Assembly (NCBI GenBank): GCA_964450225.1
Contig: CAYVFT010000002.1
Coordinates: forward strand, 4,044-68,043
DNA: 64,000 nt
Direction: 5' to 3'
From: an uncultured Crenothrix sp.
Lineage (GTDB): Bacteria; Pseudomonadota; Gammaproteobacteria; Methylococcales; Methylomonadaceae
In this document: positions 37,501-49,500 of the stretch, piece by piece
Numbering within the stretch: the stretch's first letter is position 1
Layout of the letters: the number at the start of each line of letters is the position of its first letter
Program-made: the position numbers and the translations under genes
The notes under the pieces: generated by a model
The model's input: the letters and a program-made list of their open reading frames with translations, nothing else
Databases searched by the model: none
Told to the model about the DNA's origin: nothing

Positions 37501-40500
37501 CCTGACAAAGTACTGATGGTATCGTTGCCGCCATCGGTAAAGGCGATGCTTGAAATTTCGCCGACAGTTAACTCATGAACCGACCAACTAAATGGGTGAG
37601 CATCACTGGCAGCAGCCTTGATCTCGCCATTGTCGCCGAACACAATATTCTCGCCTTCATTGCCATATATACGATCGTTGTCGAAACCGCCCAGCACTAT
37701 GTCGTTGGCGTTGCCGACCGTTATCGTGTCGGTGCCGCCCATGCCGGTGAAGATCGACCATATGAGGTCGATGTCGTCGGTGCGTAGCGTCTGTGTGGTT
37801 GGATTTGACTGTTCCTCTGCCAAGTAATCCACCGAGCCGTGATCCCCGAAGACAATGTTGTTGCCGTCAAGCACGGCCGTGCCGCCGCTGCTTACGAATG
37901 CGTTGATCACATCGTTACCGCCGCCGCCGAAGATCATATCACGGCCGATGCCGGTGGTGATCGTGTCGTCGCCATTGGCCCTGCTGTTGGTCGAGCCGTT
38001 GATGTCGCCGACATCGATTGACGTCACGAGACCCAGCACCTGCACTTGGTAGTCGTCGTCGGTCTTAAGCGGGTTGGGGTCGCCGATCGGCCGGTTCACT
38101 GAAGTAAGGACGCTGACGGGGTCAACACCCAGAATCTTGCCATGGTCACCGAAGACGATGTTCTGGCCTTTGCCGGCATCGATGGTGTCGTTGCCCTGGC
38201 CGCCAAAAATGATGTCGTCGGAAGCGTCGTCAGTGATGGTGTCGCCCTTGCCTAAGGCGGCCGCTGTGAAAATGCTCTCGACCACGTCGAGCGTGCTCAG
38301 ATTAATATCTGTGGGTGTAATCTCGGTGACGCCAAAGTAATCCGCCGACATGTAACCCATATGGCCGTGGTCGCCTAAGATCACGTCGCTATCGGCGCCG
38401 CCGCTGATGGTATCGATGCCGTCGCCGCCAAAGATGCGGTCACGCCCGGCATTGCCGCTGATCGTATCGTCATTGCCATTGGCGGGTTGCATCGTAACGA
38501 GATCCATGATCCGGCCAACACTTTGGATCGTCTGCAGCCGCGGGTCGAGCGTTGGTGGTGTATTCAGTTGGCCCGCCGTGAAGGTGATACGCGCGCCGGC
38601 CACATCCTGTGTGACCACACCATGATCACCGAAAATCACGTCGGCAACATCAGCAACTTCGGTACTCGATAAACTGCCCGCGCCTTCGCCGGAGAGTGTA
38701 TCCTTGCCTGCGAGCAGGTGATCGAGCACGTCGAAGGTACCAGCCGCCACAGTCGATTGGATGGTCGGAACCGTGAGATTGCGCGTGATCAGATCGACGT
38801 TGATTCCGGAATCGCCATAGATCAGGTCGGCACCGCGTTGGCCCTCGATAATATCGTCACCAGTACCGCCGGCGAGACGATCGCCGGTCTGACTGCCGTA
38901 GATAGTGTCGTCGCCGGCTCCGCCGTAAGCATTGATGCCAATGGCCTTCAAAGTGCCGTCAGCATTGGCACCGATCAGCTGCCGCGCATCGATCACGTCG
39001 TTGCCGAACCAGTGGAACAAACCTGCCTGAGCGAAAATAAAGTCAGCCGTGCCGTTACCGATCAGAGTACCCCAGGGCTTAGTCCCGAAATCGTGTGCCG
39101 ACATGCGGGACGGGTCGCCCTGGTACCATACACCATCCTGGGAGGTGTCGCCATAGACTACCAATGGAGATGCGGATCCGCCACCGCCGGTGACAATGAT
39201 GGAGTCGCCGCCGACACGCGTCATGTCGTTGTCGACAGGCTGTACAGCAACATAAGGGTCGGGCACACGGTTGCGAGCATGGCCCTTGGGATCCAGCACG
39301 CCAAGCAGATGCGCCTTACCGTCCGCCAAAGCTACCGTTGTGCCGCTCACCGTCATCACATTGACATTCAAAGCCGTAATGACGCCTGAAGAGATTCCAT
39401 CATAAAGGATGGTCTGGCCAATCGCGAAACCATAGTCAGACCAGGCCAAGCCGTCATTGCGAGTGATCTGGGTATTGCTGCCGGAATCTATAATACGCGC
39501 AACTGTGAACGGCGCACTGACCTGCAACAGCGAATTGCCGCCGCCATGTATGGCTGTGATGCCGCCGTGCAATGCAGAGATACCGGTCGAAATATCCTTG
39601 CCCGGCTGCAGCGTGCCGCTGACCGTCAGTTTGTCGTTACCCTCGCCGAGCATAAGGTTGACAACCTCAATCGTGCTAAAACCGCCATCGGTGACGAAGT
39701 TTCCGTTACTGTCGATCGAAATCGTACCGAAAGAGATGCCGCCAGGGATAACGAGTGATTCGCCGAAGTCGGTCGTACTGAAGCCCTGTTCAGTGAAATC
39801 CAGGCCGGTAGACATGTTCAGGCCAGTAATAGTCGTCGACGTCATTGTGCCGACCTGGTTCTCGACGCTCGAATCCGAGTACACGTTAAGCACGTCGATT
39901 TGTGTCGCCTCGGACGGCTGCGGTGGAATGGCGAAGAATTGCCCATTGGTCTCGCCCAGAAGCAGTAGTGCCTTTTGCAGCGAGCGGTCAGCAGTAGTGG
40001 TACCGCCTTCGACTTGCAGCGGTCCCTGCAAACCGCCCAGCAGGTGGGGTCGCTTCGCAAAAGTCTTGGCATTTTCGCTGCCTGGTGCCGGCACGTAGTC
40101 CGGATCGGCCGCAACTTTCACCGTCACCGGAGTATTCCAGTTGCCCGTGGTAAAGGTCACCTGCGGCGCCCATTGAGTAACCGTCATTATTCCGTTAGCC
40201 AAGCTCGGCGTATGCGTAGCCGTCAGCGTAAGCTGATCGAGCTTGCTGCTTGTGGTGCCATGGATACTCTGAATTTTGTAGACGTCGCCACTAGTCGCGC
40301 CGTTGAAACGCAGCAATTGGCCTTCGAAGAAGCCGTCGTCCAGCCAGCTCGAACCGTCGCTACGGGTTAGCGTACGCGTCGCGGCGTTCCAGTCAATAGT
40401 GCCGGTGTACAGCCCGTGTTGAGCCGTGCCGATCACTGCCAGTTGCACCCTGCTGTCGTATACGATATTGGTTTGGCCATCGGTTAGAATCGAAATTTTC

Positions 40501-43500
40501 ACGTCGGCGGTCGGTGCGGTTGTCAAACGCAGGTCATAGGAATCGGTCTGGCTAGGATCGCTGGCATTGACCAGAGTCGAACCGCTGCTCGGAATCACCA
40601 CTACGCCGGCCGAATCGTCGTCGTACACCTTGATGTACAGGCTTTGCGGCGTCGCGCCGGTCGCCGCGTCGTCATAGCGGTTGTCGGTGGTCAGCGCCGC
40701 GTTGACCGCATGCGACAGCACTGTCGTGTGGATGTCCTGTGCGGCGTAGTCGTCGGCTGCCGCCATGGTGATGACTACATCGCTGGCATCGAACTGTCCG
40801 TTGGGCAAAAGACCGAAGGTGATCCGGTAAACACCGGGGCTAGTGGCCGTCCGCGCGGTTATCTCGGTAAAGCGGCTGCTCGCGCTCGACAGCACGACGC
40901 GCGAATCGCCAACGGTGATGTCGATCGTCACGGTTTGACCGGCAGCCGGAGGAATCGCCAAATGCACCTTGTACTGATCGGTGATGCGCGTCGCTGCATC
41001 GCCTTCGAGCACGATCGACTGATTGTCTGCCGTGCCGGTCGAAGGGTTAATCGCAATCAGGTTGATCGCCGGTTGGTCAATATCGTGCACCTGGACTTCG
41101 ACGTTGCGCACGAGGGCATTGTCGAAGGCTATATCGGCACTGATCACGCTGTGGCTGATGACGACACCGCGGTCGCCCTCGGCGAAGCCATCGGTCGGCG
41201 CATAGACATAAACTGTCTTGGCCGTGGTTTCGCCCGGCGCGAAGTGAAGCACGATGGCCCGCTTGGGCAACGATGTCGCCAACGGGCCAGGGGTCACATA
41301 GTTATCGGTAAAGTGGCGGTAGAAGTCGGCTGCGTTCTCGGAGACCCAGATCGAATCAGCTCCATTGGCTTGCTCTTCCAGTGGCGAAGTACCGGCCGAG
41401 ATCGTGACGTAGACATCCTCGGTAGACGCATGTTGCAGTGCCACTGTGTAGGTATCGTAACCCGCATCCTCGGTAACGGCCGTGAAACCGTCGCTCTCGG
41501 TGATGATCACCACACCTTGAGTCGGACGCGCCACGCTTAGGTCAATACCGTCGATAACCATACCGTTGTAGCGAATATCTGTTGATGTCACGAGATGGTT
41601 GATCGCGCCGCTGGTGCCTTCGACGTCCTGTGCGAACACCGTGCCGATAACATCGCCGCCTACGTTGATTGTATCGCTGCCGAGTCCGCCGATCACTCGT
41701 GTAACGATGCCAGGAGGCGTCGACAGCACGTCGAAGCTGTCATTGCCTTCGAGGCCGTCGATCTCAAGTACCTCGACGTTTTCATAGGTTACAGCCAATC
41801 CTGCTCCGTAGATAGCGATGTCGGTGATCACAATGTGATCGGCGAACTCGGTGCCGAGCACCACCACCTTGTCGAAACCGGAACCACCGTCAATCGAAAC
41901 CGGTGCGTTGATGTTGTACTGTACCTGATTCTGGCCAGCGCCGGTGCGGATGTTGGTCTCCGCCGCCGTGGAGAAACCGCTGGTCAGCGCGGGCAAAGCC
42001 ACGTTCTGCGATGGATCGTTTGCATTGTAAGTCCGCCACCAGATGCCGTCGTGGAAAGTGGCGATCTTTGTCTCACTACCGTCCTGGTAGTTCTTGGTCG
42101 CGCCTTCGGTGCCGCCAAGCGTATCGGCCAGCGCAAAGGCACGCACGATGAACTGATCGTTGCCGTCATTGCCCTCGAGCCGCAGAACCGCCTGATTGGA
42201 GTAGACGTTAAACACGTCATTGCCAGAGCCACCCTCGGCGACCAGAGCCGAGCTGATGCCATTAGACAGCCATCCGCGCGTTGTCGCGACGGTGGCGAAC
42301 ACGTCGTTTGCGTCCAGGTTCGCGTCCGTGTTGCGCCTGGTGCCATAGAGCTGGCCGATCTGGAAGTTGTCATCGCCGACGCCACCGTCGAGGGTCGTCA
42401 CAGTGCTGTTATCGTCGGTGGCGAAGCTGTCATTGCCGCCCAGGCCGAAGACTTCGAGCCGGCCGTTGATCGCCGCATCGTAGTTGATGCGCTCTACCGC
42501 CGTGGAGTTGCCCGTCTGTGCCTGAGCGACCGTGCCGTGCAGCAGTCCGACGAAGGCAGCACGATTGGCCGTCTCATTGCCGTTCTGTCCCGCAATGGCC
42601 GTCAATCCACGCAGCAGGAAGATGTCATCCGCTGCATACGGCAAATCTTGATTGTTCGGGTCGGTGCCGCTCTGTGCCGAGTCGTAGCCATAGATCGACA
42701 ACACATCGACGCCATCGTCGCTGGCCCCGGTATCCAGTACATTGATAATGTAGTTACGGTTCTCGTTCTGGCTGCCGGTGGTGTTGATGATGTAGTGATC
42801 TGAGCCGGCCTGGCCGTCGAGCGTGAGAGTGCCCCACGTCATCGTCTGCAGCTTGTTGACGGTGATGATGTCCTCGCCGTCATCCAGTGCCGCGGTTCCG
42901 CCTGCAACTGTCTTCAGGTTGCTGCCATAGATGCGGGTATAGCCGCCAAGCGTGGTCTGGTCGAGGGTGATGCGATCGACGTCGATGAACCCGTAAATGC
43001 TTGTGACATAAGCGCTGCCAGGGGTGAGCGTGCCCACCAGTGTGGTGTTGGCTCCGTAGCCGGGGTCACCCATCGGAGTGGCCGAGTCCGCTGTCCCGTT
43101 GTTCAGATCATCCAGGAAGATATCGACCTGTTTGCCGGCGATAATCGTCGTGGTCGTGTGATCAATGAGATCGTCACCAATCCGGAGCATGATCCAGCCC
43201 GCAGACTCGATCGCGCCGCCCTTGGCGAGATAGGCATCGTCGACCGGGGTGAGTGATCCCTGGCCGATCAGACGTTTCGAGTTCTCAACGAACCAGACCG
43301 ACCCAGTCGCAAGTAACTTCAGGTTCTCGGATAGAGAGGCCGCATTCGTGCTTTCACGCACCGTCAGGTGGATATTTCCGCCTGCCCCTTGGGGAGTCGC
43401 CGCAAGCTCCGGAGTGCGGGCTTGCACGAGTCTCAGGGTACCCGCCACTTCGGTGACGAAGATGTCGTTCGTTGCCTCCAGGCCGACATCGCCGGTGCTC

Positions 43501-46500
43501 TGGCGAGACGAATCGATCTCGATGTCACCGCCGCCCCCGCTGGCCTCACCGACGCTGCCGCCGATTGCCTGCATATCGATCGAGTTAGCCAGGACCACAG
43601 CCACGTCGGTTACCGTACCGGCGCCGAGCCTGGCGTCAATGATCGAGCCCGCCAGAGTCACCAGTGAGACGTCACCCTGGGCCGTGTCAACCAGGTTCAG
43701 TCGCAGGTCCCCGGAGGTCTCTGTAATTCGGACGTTTTGGATGGCCGTGGCCTCGAGGACGCCATTCTCACGAAGGGAGGAGTTGATCTCCAGGAAGTTA
43801 TTGTCGGCGCCGATGCCACCGGCTATAGCGGTCATGGTGATATTACGCCCACTCACATCGGCGCCGCTGTCACCAGGGAAGGGAGGGCTGCCGTCGCTGG
43901 TATTGGCCGCATCGACGATGGAGCCGGGAGCGGTCAGTATGACATCCTCGAACTGTGACACGATCGAGCCCACACGCATGTCGCCAGCGAACTCGGTCAC
44001 TTTGACATTGCTGTCGGTATCCATGTCGATATGGCCATTGCCCAGAATGTCGGTAATTGCCTCAATATCGACAAAAGCAGGTTCCAGGTCGTCTTCGGTG
44101 TCTGCATTGACGACAATATTGCCACCGGCTACCAAGCCGGCGGTTGAGGGATTGACCGTATCCCGGTTAACATTGATCGGGAAAGCGTTAACCCCGGTAA
44201 AACGATAATTTTCCTGATTACCGCGCGGTTGAATCGCTTTTTTCAGTTCAAATTCATAGAAACTATCGACTAAAGTGCTGCCTGTTGCTGAAACATAAGC
44301 TGCACGGTCTTTGTTTAGGGCTGTTCCTTCATTTTTCGGGATGTCAAAATGCTTGCTGTAATTTTCTCTGTAGTTATTTTTTTGCACATAAACCAGAATA
44401 TTACCGGCATCGGTTCCGCCCAGTTGATGCATGCTGTCTTCCAGCAATACATTGATATTATTTCCGGCCTTAATGGAATCAATGGTGATGGTAAGCGCTT
44501 CAGGCGCGTGATCGATACGGTCAAGCGTTTGCAGACTCAGGTATGCATCACCGCCAGCCAGGGCATTGATGGCAACTTGACGAGTTCCTGTAGGATCGCC
44601 TGGTAATTCGGGGATAATGGTGCTCTTGATGAGATCAACGTTAACCCGTTGGGAAGTACTGCCACCGGGGGTACTATTGGTATTGTTGCCGCCAATATGG
44701 CCCGCCGTAGCTTCAATATCCAGAATATTGGTTTCAATTTTGGCGCTGGTTGAACCGGAAAGAATATCTCCATTTTGATTGAGAATCCGGGTCCAGCCCG
44801 TGGGATTGATTACGCTGCCATCCAGAATTATATCTTTCGCTTGATCCAGTTTTTGAATATCAACGGTAATCAAATCCGGTGAGATACTGTGACGTAAATC
44901 GAACCCAAAGTTGGTATCAAAACTGGTATTAGCTTGAGCAGTTGTAATCTGTACCAGCGGATTAGTGTTGACCCGGCTAATTACATCCACACCCACGATG
45001 TGCATATCATTGTTCGAATGGTCAATAATCTTGACGCTTTCCAGATTATCGCGGAACACAAATAACGGAAAGCGGGATTTCGCTGTTCCTAGAGACTCAT
45101 TCAGGATTGAAGTTTCTGCCCCGAAGAAGATATCCGCATAACCATCATTTTCGACCTTGACGTAATAATCGCCACCGGTATTTACGTTGCCATTGACACC
45201 TAATCGCAAATTGTTATTACCAACATCTGATGCGTTATTCCAGACCGAAACATTATTAAGTTTCTTGATATCTCCATGCTCATCGATGACGAGTTCGGGT
45301 TGTCCCTGTCTGCCACCCAGGACAATAACATCAGCGTCCCAGTTGATGTTGTTGGTATTATCTTCATCACTGCTAACATTGACATAAAGGGCTAAAGCCG
45401 GAGTTGTTTTACGATCATAGTCAGTGAGCGTAGCGCCTTTTTGGAGTGCGGTTTTACCAGTAGCGATTAACGATGAATCACTTAAGGCCAAGCCATTTAA
45501 TACAAATCCAAGTAAATCCCCCGGTGATAATGTGTTAGTCAGTTGAACTGCCGGGCCGCCTTTACTTTGACTTAAACGGAAATGATCATTATCAACCTTG
45601 ATGACAAAATATCGGGTACTGCCTAATTCGATTTGCTCATCGTTTTGCAGACCGTGGTTGAGCAGGGTGATTTGAGAAGCATTGCCAACAGTAGCTACCA
45701 TGCTGGAGTTGATAATGGTGGGACCCGCCCGGCTTTCATCTCTTGCGCCTACGACAACCAGGGTGTCTTTTTCTACATCAATAACTTCGTTAGAGTTGGC
45801 TTCTTCGTATTCATCCGCATCTTGAGGAGGAATCAACGCTACAGCTAAAACACCCGCCGAACCATCGGGAACCAAGTCAGCAGTGCCGGTGGTAATATCC
45901 ACGCCCCGATAGCCTGTGATAGTTGTACGCGCAGCGCTGTCCGTACCGTCGAGATCAACACCGATTAAATTCTTGACATCGGAATTGAGTTTAACCACGG
46001 CATCGGCATAGGCGACAGCAACCCCCAGAAGAATGGGATTAATGGCTTTGGCATAGGCATCCGAATCGCCACTGAGCAGGTCAACTCTTGCGTTAATATC
46101 AACGGACTCGCCGGTAACGGTAACGCCTTCACCGACTTTGGTTTGAGTTGTACCGGTAATATGTATGCCCGCATCATTGGTATCGTGGGTGTTATCGGAA
46201 TCGGCGCCGGCGCCTACGCCCCAGGATTCGGTATAGACATCCGTTCTTCCGTTTGCTTTGGAGTTGGCATAAATACCAACAGCGTCCAAAGCTGTAACAG
46301 AAGCGCCCTCACCAATGTAAGCAAGGTTGTTGTATGCCAGCTTGGCGCTGGTTTCAGCGTCCTTGGCGGCAATAAAACCGCCACCGACCGCCCTGGCTTT
46401 GGATTCCACATAATGACCGGAATCGGCGCTCATAATAAAGTCATTGCCAGCCGTGATATGGGCATTGCTACCCACATAGGCGGTAGTGTTGGCATTACTT

Positions 46501-49500
46501 GTATTGGTACTTGCTCTCGCCAAACTGACTTTAATGAGCGCACCACCTCCCAAAGACGCGTTGGAGACTAGATCGGTGTTAGCATCGGCTCTAATACTTA
46601 CGGTTCCTTGCGCGGTTAAGTCACTGGCGCTGATATAGGCGGTAACAGTGGGTGTGGAAGTGATGGTTGCGGTAGGACCGCTGTAGTCAAATAATAAAGC
46701 GCCTGAACCACCAACCGCGGAAACTCCAGAAATTCCATCACCTGGGGGAGGCGAAATACTGCTGAGAGATGCGCCACCGGCGCCAGCAAAGTAATGTTCC
46801 TTGGCTGTAGTTGTTGTATCGGTGTAGCTGGTTTGCAAATCGATATGCAAGGTATGTACACCGGTTCCTTGTTTGAGGTCCAGACCAAGATTGCCCAGCC
46901 TGACCGTATTTGAACCAGTGCCCGCCTTTAGGTCAACGACGTTGCCGTTTTTATCCTTAAGCTGGAATTCTGTACCACTTACATTGGCAACATAATAGGT
47001 ATCGCCATTGTCCAGGCCCTGGATGCCTTTTTCCAGGGAGTAGGAACTCTGTGCGCCGGCAGCGGAAATATCCAAAGACCTGATGCCGTCGTACAACTCC
47101 AGTGGTAAAGAGTTAAGTTTGATTGCAGTGCCGCCGGACGTTGCACTCAAGCGAAAAGTATTGGCCGTCACATTAACCACATAATACTTCGTGGTGCCAT
47201 CCAGAATGGTAAGCTCTTTGCCTGCTGTCAGTCCATGATTCGCTAAAGTTATCTCGGAAACATTGTTAACTCCCGTACCCGGATCGATATCCACATCCGT
47301 CACCATGCCCGCTGTAATCTTGACGTAGGTACTGGTTAGTTGCAGCTCGTTATCGGAACGCTTGATGACAACATAGCCCTGCTTATCGGTCAGTCCAGCA
47401 ATATTATCGGCAGTAGCACCATTGTTTCTGTAAACGACTTTATCGCCGGTCTGGTATCCGTGGGCAGTTATAAATATTTTATTGGTATCGTAATGAATGA
47501 CATCCAGGTAATCCGGGCTGCTGGGAGTCTGATTACGCGTTACATCATTGCTGATAAATATTTTTGGATCATATGACTGTCCGTCTGCTGTCTTGACTTC
47601 ATAAGTAGCGGATGGTGTAACATCCACATATTCCGCGTTGAACGTTTTCACGTCTTGCGCGACAAAGGTAACCGCCTGGTTTAGAACGAACTGGCCCGCC
47701 GACATCGTCAACTTGTCCGTAGTGGTGTTGACTGCAATCGTAGACAGTAACTGGTCATCCGTTTTACCTGCCTGTAGCGGAGTCTTGGCAAGCCTGATCT
47801 TGAAGTCGTCATAAACAGGTTGGTTATTACTGTCTGTTCCAATTTTAATAAGGCGCACATACAAGGTTTGCCCTGGAACCACACTTTGACTGGCGTCAAT
47901 ACTGTCATCAAAAATCGACTCTCCTCGTAATTTTAACCCTTGTGAACCCACTGAGAGCAGGGCCGCCTGACCACCCGGCGCAGTGCTCAAACGGAAAGTA
48001 AAATTATTGATCTTGATCACATAGTAAGTTGTATTACTATTGACTTCAGTGACTTTCTGTCCATTTGTAAACGGGTGATTCGTCAGGCTTATCTGAGATA
48101 CATTGTTGACGCCGGTACCGGGGTCTAAATCGACGGTGGTTACCATGGCGGATGTGATATCTGCCGCAGCGGGGGTATAAATTACCGCATCACCGTTTTG
48201 GAAATGATGGGGAGTATCAAAGGTGATGATGTCGGTATTGGCATCAATCGTTTTAGCCGCATCAAACTTGTTACCCAACTTTATCGAGGCATTAGCTTGA
48301 TCAACGAGGACGTTATATTCACGATTAGCCGTTAAGCCTCCGCCAATTTGGGTGACGCCGTCACTCACCATATAGCGCACTACATCCCCGTCATTGACCG
48401 GGAAAGTTAGGTTAATCGTATCATTGGTGGTATTGACCGCGGTAATTTCTTCACTGGGAATACTGCCGACAGGCTTATTATCAAGGAAAGCATTAACAGT
48501 GACATTACCTGTCGCATCAATAACAGTTCTGCTGCCGACATAAGCATTAACAGTAGGGTCATAATCAGCTTCGGCGACGGAAGCCCCGACTTGAACCACG
48601 CCTCCTCCATATGCCTGGGCGTTCGCATCGGCTTCTCCACGTCCCTCGGCATTAATTGAGATGTTGCCGACGGGTGTGACTTGACCGATGAGAACATTAG
48701 TACCGATATAGGCTTTCGTTACAGGACGACTGTTAGCTTCTGTTTTGGATACACCGACAGAAATGGCTGCTCCTGAACCGACTAACGCATTGGCATTGGC
48801 GGCAGCGCCAATGATCCTCGCATTGATATCAATTTGGTCCGCGCCGTCAATATGGGCGTTATCACCAATATAAGCACGGGTATTTCCGAGTAATTCAGCC
48901 TTGGCTGTAGCAGATGCGGCGGCAACGACCACGGATCCGGCACCGCTGCGGATATCGGCCTTAGCTAACCCGGATGATTGGGAGTCAATGCTCAGGTTGC
49001 CGCTAACATCAATGGTTGCCCCATCAATATAAGCATCAGTGCTGACATTAATGGTGGAAGTGCTTTTAATCCCGGCACCACCGGCAACGATGCCGATAGT
49101 TGCGGATTCGAGAGTTGTAGTGGTTCTATTCTCTGAAGATGCCTGAACATTCAGATCACCGGCCGTAACGTCTGCTCCATTACCTATCCATGCTTTAACC
49201 GCGCCTTTATCACTACCATTACCGATGGTAGCGACTGCATCATACAAGGAAACAGAAATACCAACAGAACCATCGCCGCCTTTAGCCGTGGCTGTTGCTG
49301 TCAAGGTGGCATTAGCATCCAGGGTGGTGGTGCCGCTTGCAGTATTTACGTTGGCATTATCGGCAATATAAGCGTAAACATGACCGTTAATTGTGGCGTT
49401 TGCACCTACACTGGAACCCGTACCGAGAAGCCCCACGCTGCCGCTAACAACATCCGCCGTTGCCGTGCGGATTGTTCCTTCCGTGGAGATGTTGAGATTA

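Noticed and set aside
29023-44208. Many long ORFs on the plus strand, or out of frame on the minus strand, within the GC-rich part of the giant gene. Examples: 41595-42803 (402 aa), 43249-44208 (319 aa), 40644-41540 (298 aa), 31533-32285 (250 aa), and 31763-32512 on the minus strand (249 aa).
   Set aside because: All lie entirely inside, and antisense or out of frame to, a 35-kb continuous ORF with clear domain content. Their products are low-complexity R/A/G/P/S-rich strings, typical of shadow frames in GC3-rich DNA. No motifs were recognised.
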